Part shown: one piece after another, positions 1 to 7,044 of the stretch | Numbering within the stretch: position 1 is the first letter of the stretch | Layout: the number at the start of each line of letters is the position of its first letter | From: Promethearchaeota archaeon | Lineage (GTDB): Archaea; Asgardarchaeota; Lokiarchaeia; Sigyniarchaeales; SOKP01 | Length of the DNA: 11,727 nt | Reading direction: 5' to 3' | NCBI GenBank assembly: GCA_013375475.1 | Contig: JABXKD010000099.1 | Location: forward strand, 1 to 11,727 | Program-made: the position numbers and the translations under genes | Notes under the pieces: model-generated | What the model was told of the DNA's origin: nothing | The model's database searches: none | What the model saw: only the letters and a program-made list of their open reading frames with translations

Positions 1-57
1 AATACAGAATAACCAAGATTCTAACAATAAAAGTAATTTAATAAAGGGTTAAAAAAT

Positions 58-2487
58 ATGATTAAAATTTTACATAAAAAGCAATTAAGCTTACTTTTGT
101 TAGCGGTTCTACTTATAACATTAAACTTGAGTGGATTTCTTACAATTGTAAAGGCAGGACCACATGTTCCAGAAGATCATGCCAATAATGATTGGCATTG
201 GGGTATAGATGTAGGCGATGAATTATATTGGGAAGTTGATGTAGTTCTCACGAATGCATCAAGCGGGGAAATTAACCTAATGTTTAAAGACATCTGGATT
301 TATAACATAACATCAATTGAAAATGTCACCCTTGATTGGTTTGGAATGGGCCTAAACGAATTTTCTCTCGTTAACGCAACACAATGCTACCATAATGTTA
401 CTGAAGGTGTAATAGAACCATATGGACCTCCTTCTGAATTTGCTCTATTTGGATATAATGCCTCGGATTCAATTCCATATAAAATGCGAGCAGGAATGGG
501 TGCCGCTCCGTATATCCTTCCATTGAACGGTTCTAGTTTAGATGTTGATGTATTAGACGATATTCTCAACGAATCATTTTACGATCCTCTTTCAAAACAT
601 GGTTATAACCAATTTGATAGTTATTCATCGAATATAGGTGACAATAGCATCACATTTATGAATTCAACTGATGGCTACTATATGTATATGGAATATAATC
701 CAACAGACGGTGTTGCAGAATACGCTGAAGCGTACATGAGGATTTTCATGGGAGAACCTATGTTGGTAAATGTAACAATGCAAAGAGTGATGGACTACGA
801 TATTACTGACGAAATAGAGTGGGGAGTTGATATTGGGGATACATTTTTTTATGATTGGACTGAAGGTAGTAGCAGTTATTACGATGTAAAACTAGAAATT
901 GTAGATATTACTGAAAGCAATCTCCCAAAATCGAACAACGCTTTCGATTTGAGTAGAGAAATAAACATGGTTTTTCAAACAGTTCTTGCGAATTTATCAC
1001 TGTGGAATGGATATTATTATCAAATTGAAGAGATTAGTCTTCCGATAGGGATAGCAAATAATTTCTACTTCCAGTACTTCGATGAAGATTTTTCACCTCA
1101 ATTTAATTTCGTAATCCCTAACAATACCTTAAAGGAAGATATTGAATATATGTGGAATCTGGATTCCCTTAGGATTTGGGATGCCCCATTTGACGAGATT
1201 GTAATCGTTGAGAATGGAAACTTTGATTTTTCCTTAAAGAATTCTTCTGACAACTTCAAAGTAGAGACTTCAATCGATAGGTTGACAGGGATAACACAAT
1301 CGTTTATGATTCAAGAACATAGTTATGTTCAGTTATATTACGAGATAAAAGACATGACCCTCGTCGAATGGAATGTGGATATAGGCGATGTTGTCTATTA
1401 TAAGCAAAATTCACAAGATGGAGAGATATACAGAAGGGCAACAATCGTATTTACGGATGGGGAATTTGTCAATATGACAGAATGGGAATTGGATAGCGGA
1501 GGACTCTTCACGAAAATACCAGGTCAACCAGAACTTCAGTTCTTCAAAGCAGTTATTGCTGAATTCGAAGAATTTGACGAGAGTACAGGAACGTGGCAAC
1601 CTATGGGAGACGACTTATTCCTTGAAGCTAATAAATATTGGCCAATATCGCCTTATGCAATGTTTGGAGGCGTATCTCCTCCATTATTTTTGACTTCAGG
1701 ATCTACGGGAGAGGACCTAGAAAATCTTTTAACAATATTAGATAGCGTATTTGATGAGTCGACATTTACTGAAGATCACGTAATTCTTCGAAATTCAACG
1801 CTTGGTAGGGAATATGACATGTATGTCGATATATCAACAGGAGCAATCACTTTTATGGGAGGCTGGATGAACATGCTCGGTGGAGACGATACAACTTGGA
1901 TGTATATGACTATCTATCCTATGTATAACGAAACGCTTAACTCTGGAACCACTAGCGTATCTGTCCCTAATGATGCTATAAGTGAAATCACGGTTTCAAA
2001 TATCGAAGTAATTACTGATAACGACGGAATTGAATTATTAAATGCCATTTTGGACTATAATCCAATAAATACCTCTATTAATAATGGAACTGTTCTATAC
2101 TATAATGATTTCTTAATCACTAACACTACGGGGTTAGATAACCTAACTTTTTACATCAAATTCGCTGATACTTTTGATCTAGATAATTATAACCTCACTT
2201 TTTGGGCTTGGAACATGAGCGGTAACAACGAATGGGAGGCAGCTCCTTCATCAGCAACCAATATGTTTATTTATGATTACTCGGATAATTCTTTGACCAT
2301 TATCTTTCCCGTAGGCGGGGGTTCAGGTCCAATCTCTATTATCATGGCAGTTTCATATGTATATACGGGTCCTTCTGAAGAATCAATTCCGGGATTTTCG
2401 GTGTTGTTGACTTTCGGTTCTCTTTCAATAGGCATAATTGCTTTAATAATTCTTTACTATAAAAAAACTAGAATGTTACAAATCTAA
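58..2487 (+). CDS. Secreted, C-terminally anchored cell-surface glycoprotein with three ~180-210 aa repeats and a PGF/Loki-CTERM-like sorting signal
   Basis: N-terminal basic plus hydrophobic signal peptide (KKQLSLLLLAVLLITL). Three repeats begin WGIDVGD, WGVDIGD and WNVDIGD. There are more than 20 N-x-S/T sequons and the protein is very acidic. C-terminus is IPGF + TM helix + KKTR. Confidence 0.85.
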   Translation: MIKILHKKQLSLLLLAVLLITLNLSGFLTIVKAGPHVPEDHANNDWHWGIDVGDELYWEVDVVLTNASSGEINLMFKDIWIYNITSIENVTLDWFGMGLNEFSLVNATQCYHNVTEGVIEPYGPPSEFALFGYNASDSIPYKMRAGMGAAPYILPLNGSSLDVDVLDDILNESFYDPLSKHGYNQFDSYSSNIGDNSITFMNSTDGYYMYMEYNPTDGVAEYAEAYMRIFMGEPMLVNVTMQRVMDYDITDEIEWGVDIGDTFFYDWTEGSSSYYDVKLEIVDITESNLPKSNNAFDLSREINMVFQTVLANLSLWNGYYYQIEEISLPIGIANNFYFQYFDEDFSPQFNFVIPNNTLKEDIEYMWNLDSLRIWDAPFDEIVIVENGNFDFSLKNSSDNFKVETSIDRLTGITQSFMIQEHSYVQLYYEIKDMTLVEWNVDIGDVVYYKQNSQDGEIYRRATIVFTDGEFVNMTEWELDSGGLFTKIPGQPELQFFKAVIAEFEEFDESTGTWQPMGDDLFLEANKYWPISPYAMFGGVSPPLFLTSGSTGEDLENLLTILDSVFDESTFTEDHVILRNSTLGREYDMYVDISTGAITFMGGWMNMLGGDDTTWMYMTIYPMYNETLNSGTTSVSVPNDAISEITVSNIEVITDNDGIELLNAILDYNPINTSINNGTVLYYNDFLITNTTGLDNLTFYIKFADTFDLDNYNLTFWAWNMSGNNEWEAAPSSATNMFIYDYSDNSLTIIFPVGGGSGPISIIMAVSYVYTGPSEESIPGFSVLLTFGSLSIGIIALIILYYKKTRMLQI

Positions 2488-2493
2488 ATCCAA

Positions 2494-2513
2494 TTTTTTT
2501 TATTTTATTTTTT
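2494..2513 (+). terminator. Archaeal oligo-T terminator candidate
   Basis: TTTTTTTTATTTTATTTTTT begins 7 nt after the stop codon of 58..2487. Confidence 0.55.
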
Positions 2514-2523
2514 ACTTATTCTT

Positions 2524-2539
2524 ATTAGGTGCACCTAAT
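2524..2539. promoter_or_regulatory. Perfect palindrome ATTAGGTGCACCTAAT, candidate DtxR/MntR/SirR-family operator
   Basis: Perfect 16-bp inverted repeat in an otherwise very AT-rich spacer. The core TTAGGT-NN-ACCTAA resembles DtxR-family boxes and lies upstream of divalent-cation transporter genes. Confidence 0.6.
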
Positions 2540-2637
2540 CCTTATTTAAAATAATTAGTTGTTTATTACATTATCTCAAAAGTAATTAATATAACTAATT
2601 GAATTTTAATGTTTAAAGTAAATTTTTAATGATATGT

Positions 2638-2652
2638 GGGAACTTTTAAATA
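2638..2652 (+). promoter_or_regulatory. Possible BRE/TATA promoter of the transporter operon
   Basis: Purine-rich GGGAA followed by TTTTAAATA (2644-2652), ending ~30 nt before ATG 2682. Weak because the spacer is AT-rich. Confidence 0.3.
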
Positions 2653-2681
2653 ACTTAGAACCTTAATAAATATTAAAGAGA

Positions 2682-2825
2682 ATGAATGAGAAGTTGACTT
2701 TAAATTCATCTGATGATGATGATGACATATGGAAGCTCGAGATACTAAAGGTAAAATCGTTAAAGAAACCTTTCCATCTGAAATGGTTTCTATTGTGGGC
2801 GATTTGTTTGCCGGAATCATACTAA
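2682..2825 (+). other. Putative 47-codon upstream ORF (MNEKLTLNSSDDDDDIWKLEILKVKSLKKPFHLKWFLLWAICLPESY) overlapping the first transporter gene
   Basis: Manual translation from ATG 2682 to TAA 2823-2825, below the ORF-track cutoff. Contains a five-Asp run. Translation is unproven. Confidence 0.3.
2711..2725 (+). repeat. (TGA)5 trinucleotide repeat
   Basis: tgatgatgatgatga ends 3 nt before ATG 2729. Confidence 0.9.
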
Positions 2826-3283
2826 CTCTTTTAATCGTTTCATTTAAGAGCTTTCTTTTGTTAATTCTTATTATTCCTGCTTTATTATCTCTCAGAGGTA
2901 ATTTAAGTGCTCCCTTTATTGCCCGAACTTCACGAGATTTTATTATCGGCGAATTTAACAAGAAATCATGGTTTGAAAATGTTCTAGCTACCTTAACTTT
3001 ATCGTTATTAACAGCATTAGCGATCGGAATTTTTAGTATTTTAATTAATTTTTTGTTAATTAAACTCTACATTTTTCATATAGGTCTACTAATCGTAATT
3101 CCGGCTATTTCGATTGCATTAACCTTATCTATTTCAATTCCTTGTTCCACCATCTTAAATTATTTAGCATTTAAGCGCGGTTTAGATCCAAATAATGTTG
3201 TAAATCCCATAATGACCGCGATTGACGATTTTTTCACAGTGATTTGTTTTTATCTCACAATTATTATGTTAGGGGTGCCATAA
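2729..3283 (+). CDS. MgtE/SLC41-family divalent cation transporter, membrane domain, subunit 1
   Basis: About 5 TM helices. Has the P-x6-GN motif (IPALLSLRGNL) and the DP-x-N-x3-P-x6-D motif (GLDPNNVVNPIMTAIDD). No CBS domains. Confidence 0.85.
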   Translation: MEARDTKGKIVKETFPSEMVSIVGDLFAGIILTLLIVSFKSFLLLILIIPALLSLRGNLSAPFIARTSRDFIIGEFNKKSWFENVLATLTLSLLTALAIGIFSILINFLLIKLYIFHIGLLIVIPAISIALTLSISIPCSTILNYLAFKRGLDPNNVVNPIMTAIDDFFTVICFYLTIIMLGVP

Positions 3284-3285
3284 GA

Positions 3286-3837
3286 ATGGATTATTTTAAG
3301 AAAATCTTCAAAGAATCTATAATTATTGTTTTAATTAGTTCTGTTATGGGGCTATTTTCCGGGACTCTACTATCTAGCAATGAGCTAATATTAGCTAGTT
3401 TTCCTATTATCCTATTAGTTCTACCAGCTTTAAATTCTTTAATAGGTGATATATCTACTGTTCTAGTTTCACGACTTACATCTCACCTTTATTTAGGAAC
3501 TTTATCTCCTAAAATTCAAACTTCGGATAGACTAAAACAAGATTTTTACGGATTGCTTATAACAATTTTATTAAGCCTTGTTGCATTAATAAGCATAGGA
3601 TACATGCTGGGAAGCTTAACTGGAATAGAAATCATTAGTCCCTTGTTGATTATATCAATTTTAAGTAGTACTGTTTTGATTTTATTTGGGCTTATGTTCG
3701 TGTTTTTATTTATGGGTTCCATATTATTATTTAGGAAAGGAAAAGATCCTAATAATCTTTTAATTCCAATGGTGACATCTTTAGCAGATTTCTTAACGCC
3801 TTTATTTATAATAATTTTTATCCAATTATTTATTTAA
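3286..3837 (+). CDS. MgtE/SLC41-family divalent cation transporter, membrane domain, subunit 2
   Basis: Start reassigned to ATG 3286, 2 nt after the upstream TAA. Motifs LPALNSLIGDISTVLVSRL and GKDPNNLLIPMVTSLAD. About 5 TM helices. Confidence 0.85.
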   Translation: MDYFKKIFKESIIIVLISSVMGLFSGTLLSSNELILASFPIILLVLPALNSLIGDISTVLVSRLTSHLYLGTLSPKIQTSDRLKQDFYGLLITILLSLVALISIGYMLGSLTGIEIISPLLIISILSSTVLILFGLMFVFLFMGSILLFRKGKDPNNLLIPMVTSLADFLTPLFIIIFIQLFI

Positions 3838-3922
3838 TTAATCAAACGAGAGTGAGAAAATAATTAAAAAGAATGAAAAAAGAAAGAAGTTTCAGTATCA
3901 GCCTATATCACTAAAAGACATT

Positions 3923-5116
3923 TTGAAAGAGATGAAACAGAAGATAGACTTGATGATTGATCTAGCTTACAGCGCTATTAAATTTAGTAGCAAAGAAATT
4001 GCTGACGAAACTTCTAAAATTGAAAAAAGAATCCACGAGTTAACATTTTTATTAAATTTACAAATTATTCAAACTCAAACTGGCGGTTTTAAAGAAGCTA
4101 AAGCTTTAGAACCTATTGTTGTTATGGGTTATTCTATTGATAAAATCTCAGATGCTCTTGCCGATATCGCCCGAGTTGTATATATTAATAGTGATATTTC
4201 TGATTTTACACAATTATTTTGGGACGATGTTCCCGAACCTATTGTAAAAATCACCGTCAATGATGCTTGTGAATTTATAGGCATGAAACGTAAAGATGTA
4301 CACTTTCGATCAAAATATGGAGTGGATTTAATAGCGATCAAAAGAAAAGATAATTGGCTATTCGAAAAAGACAACGAAATTCAAGTTGAGGATATATTAA
4401 TAATAAAAGGAGAAATTGAGCCAATCAAAGAACTGAAAAAATTAACGTTTGATACTGAAGATTTTTCTTTCCAAATTGATGATTTGCAAAAACAATCTGA
4501 ATTTGATCTGACTAATCCTGATGTATTCGATAAAATTCAAGAACTCAAAAAAGATTACATAACAATCACAGATCTTTCAGAAACAATGATAGAATTAGCC
4601 TTAGCAGCGTTATTTTTTAAAAGTTATGAAGTAGCTGAGGATGTATTAGAGATGGAGTCTATAATGGATGGTCTTAATATAATTTTTGAAAAGGATCTTT
4701 TAACTTTAACACAATTACTTGATAATCCAAGGAATTTAACAGGAATCATGCGTATAATATTTTCTTGCGAGTTAATTTCAGATGCAGCTGCCCATTTAGC
4801 TGAAAATATTTTAAAAGGTTTTGAACCTCACATAATTCTTCAAAAAGCTATTGAAGAAACTCCTGAAATAGTTGTTCGAGAAACTATCTCAACAGATTCA
4901 TATTTCAAAGAGAAAACCTACAAACAGTTACAAGACCAACAATATAAGCGAGGATTTCATATTATTGCGTTGAAAAGAGAAAATAAATGGATTTACAGCT
5001 TTAAATCTGATTTTCTTTTTGAAGTGGGGGATCTTTTAATAGGTTTAGGCCCTAAAGAAACAGTAGATCAATGGAGAAGATGTGTCCATCCCGATTTCTC
5101 AAAGGAGGAAAGATGA
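3923..5116 (+). CDS. Tandem (PhoU + TrkA-C/RCK_C) x2 protein, COG3273-like; true start uncertain
   Basis: Helical PhoU-like units EMK..IDLMIDLAYSA...DKISDALADIA and LSETMIELALAA...ELISDAAAHLA. Each is followed by an RCK_C-like unit (GVDLIAIKRKDNWLF...EDILIIKG; GFHIIALKRENKWIY...GDLLIGLG). Confidence 0.8.
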   Translation: MKEMKQKIDLMIDLAYSAIKFSSKEIADETSKIEKRIHELTFLLNLQIIQTQTGGFKEAKALEPIVVMGYSIDKISDALADIARVVYINSDISDFTQLFWDDVPEPIVKITVNDACEFIGMKRKDVHFRSKYGVDLIAIKRKDNWLFEKDNEIQVEDILIIKGEIEPIKELKKLTFDTEDFSFQIDDLQKQSEFDLTNPDVFDKIQELKKDYITITDLSETMIELALAALFFKSYEVAEDVLEMESIMDGLNIIFEKDLLTLTQLLDNPRNLTGIMRIIFSCELISDAAAHLAENILKGFEPHIILQKAIEETPEIVVRETISTDSYFKEKTYKQLQDQQYKRGFHIIALKRENKWIYSFKSDFLFEVGDLLIGLGPKETVDQWRRCVHPDFSKEER

Positions 5117-5715
5117 AAATGAATGATTCTAATTCAAAATTAATACAAGAAAGATTTCTAAACACTCTATTAGAAATTGCTGATCAAGTTAAAAAAAATT
5201 CAAACACCATTGATACCAATATTGTCTTAAAGTTAATTGAATTGATAATTGAAGTTGATTCTAACGAAGGAAGGATTTTTATTTACGGTGCCGGTAGATC
5301 GGGATTTATAGGGCGATGTTTTGCCCAAAGATTAATGCATCTAAGCATTAGGTCATGTTTTATTTCTGATGCGGTCACCTATCGCTATACTAAAGATGAT
5401 CTATTGATATTAATAAGCGGAAGCGGTGAAACAACTTCACCTAAAGCTATAGCCGAAGAGGCAAAAAGAATTGGAGGTAAAATTGTGACATTTACAGGAA
5501 ATTCTAAAAGTTCGATCGCAATGCTCTCTGATTTGATCATTAACGTTGAGGGTAAAACTAAGGAGAAGGCTACCTCACAAGACTCTTTGGCTCCGTTTAC
5601 GTCTCTATTCGATATTTCTACTCTTTCCATATTAGATTCAATTGGAGCCTCTTTAATGGATTTATTGGGAATAACTGAAAAGGATATTGATCAGCGTCAC
5701 GCATCAATTGAATAA
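5113..5715 (+). CDS. hxlB: 6-phospho-3-hexuloisomerase-like SIS-domain protein
   Basis: Motifs IFIYGAGRSG, FAQRLMHL, LISGSGET and C-terminal RHASIE. Start reassigned to ATG 5113 (ATGA overlap with the upstream stop; GGAGG at 5104-5108). ATG 5119 is an alternative start. Confidence 0.75.
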   Translation: MKMNDSNSKLIQERFLNTLLEIADQVKKNSNTIDTNIVLKLIELIIEVDSNEGRIFIYGAGRSGFIGRCFAQRLMHLSIRSCFISDAVTYRYTKDDLLILISGSGETTSPKAIAEEAKRIGGKIVTFTGNSKSSIAMLSDLIINVEGKTKEKATSQDSLAPFTSLFDISTLSILDSIGASLMDLLGITEKDIDQRHASIE

Positions 5716-5742
5716 GGTTAATATTAAATAAGGGTAATTATA

Positions 5743-6141
5743 ATGCATGATTTTATAACGGTTAAATATATTTCAAAAGAAAAAGGAAGAGGAGCATTTG
5801 CGAAAAAAGATATTAAAAAGGGAACAGTGATCGATATAGCAAATATAGTTTTGTTACCAAATAAAGATTATAAATTGATTAGAAAAACACAATTATATGA
5901 CTATTGCTATATTTGGGAAGATCCAAAGCATTATCCTGCATTTAAAAATGCAATTACTCTAAGTATTAGTCAATTCATCAACCATTCATATACTCCTAAT
6001 TTAAAATACTTATATGATTATGAGAACAACGCAATTGAATTTTCAGCTATTCAGGATATAAAAAAAAGTGAAGAATTAACAGTGAATTATAATGGATTAG
6101 TGGATGATACCACTCCATTATGGTTCATGGTTCAAGATTAG
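5743..6141 (+). CDS. Stand-alone SET-domain protein-lysine methyltransferase
   Basis: SET signature motifs KGRGAFAKKDIKKG, FINHSYTPN and DIKKSEELTVNY. No Cys-rich post-SET region. Confidence 0.88.
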   Translation: MHDFITVKYISKEKGRGAFAKKDIKKGTVIDIANIVLLPNKDYKLIRKTQLYDYCYIWEDPKHYPAFKNAITLSISQFINHSYTPNLKYLYDYENNAIEFSAIQDIKKSEELTVNYNGLVDDTTPLWFMVQD

Positions 6142-7012
6142 CTTTTAATTTTATTAAAGATCTTAAAGTCTTAAGGTTCATTTTATCTTCCTTTAAATCC
6201 TCCCCCTTAGGAGTTTCTAAAATTCCTGGAGTATCCCTAAATCGATCGTCGTTCAAGAAAAAACTAAAGGGTTCTTTTCCAATCTTTCCATGACCTATGT
6301 GCGTATGACGATCGACTCTCGATCCTAATCCCTTTTCCGTGTCGTTTAGATGGAATGCAAACAGATATTTCAATCCTATAATTTCATCAAAATCATTCCA
6401 CATTTTGTTATACTTCTTTTTAGTTGTAAAATCATAACCTGCGGCAAAAGAATGTGCCGTGTCGAAACAGACGCCAATTCTGCTTTTATCCTTTATCTTG
6501 TTGATAATAGTTTCGAAATGGTGAAATTTATTACCTAAGCCCTTGCCTTGGCCTGCTGTAGTTTCCAATAATATTTTAACTTTAGAATCTTTCGTTTCGC
6601 TCATCAATTTATTTAGCTGAGTAGCAATTTGGAGGAGCGCTTCATTTTTCGATATCTCTTCTTTATCACTAATGGGGATGACGCCGGGATGCATATTTTC
6701 AAATTCAATACCAAGTTGAGTAGCTTTTTTAAGCTCGTCTAACATTGCCCTGTATGATTTCTCCAATTTCTCCGTATCGATACTTGCTAAATTTATTAAA
6801 TAACTGTCATGGCTAATTATCGGCCATATTTCATCTTTAAATTCTTCTTTTGTTTCAAGAAATTTATCAATATCTTTCTGAATTAAAGGTTTTGAAGCCC
6901 AGGATCGAACATTTCGAATAAAAACTTGAATTGATTCGCACTTAAGTTCTCTCCCCCTATGAAAAGCCATGTGTTTACCGTCTGAAACGCTCATATGAGC
7001 CCCTAATCTCAT
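6125..7012 (-). CDS. nfo: Endonuclease IV (AP endonuclease family 2)
   Basis: Motifs LGAHMS, HDSYLINLAS, HPG, LLETTAGQG, CFDTAH, HLND, DRHTHIGHG and ILETP (Zn ligands). AGGTG SD-like site 8 nt upstream. Confidence 0.95.
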   Translation of the reverse strand: MRLGAHMSVSDGKHMAFHRGRELKCESIQVFIRNVRSWASKPLIQKDIDKFLETKEEFKDEIWPIISHDSYLINLASIDTEKLEKSYRAMLDELKKATQLGIEFENMHPGVIPISDKEEISKNEALLQIATQLNKLMSETKDSKVKILLETTAGQGKGLGNKFHHFETIINKIKDKSRIGVCFDTAHSFAAGYDFTTKKKYNKMWNDFDEIIGLKYLFAFHLNDTEKGLGSRVDRHTHIGHGKIGKEPFSFFLNDDRFRDTPGILETPKGEDLKEDKMNLKTLRSLIKLKANLEP

Positions 7013-7044
7013 ATATATAACACCTTTATTAAAAGGAATAAATG

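Noticed and set aside
2711-2725. Five in-frame TGA codons read as a poly-selenocysteine N-terminal extension
   Set aside because: No start codon in that frame between the previous TGA (2687-2689) and the tract, and no SECIS-like element could be identified.
2681-2725. C/D-box sRNA (ATGATGA and CTGA motifs)
   Set aside because: The motifs overlap inside the trinucleotide repeat and lack the C...D'...C'...D order and spacing.
2626-2961. 111-aa minus-strand ORF with HHHHQ
   Set aside because: It is antisense to the transporter gene, and the His run is just the reverse complement of the TGA repeat.
3244-3285. ORF-track N-terminal extensions (3244, and likewise 5071 and 8238)
   Set aside because: They overlap upstream genes. 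Better starts at 3286, 5113 and 8220 fit translational coupling or SD-like sites.
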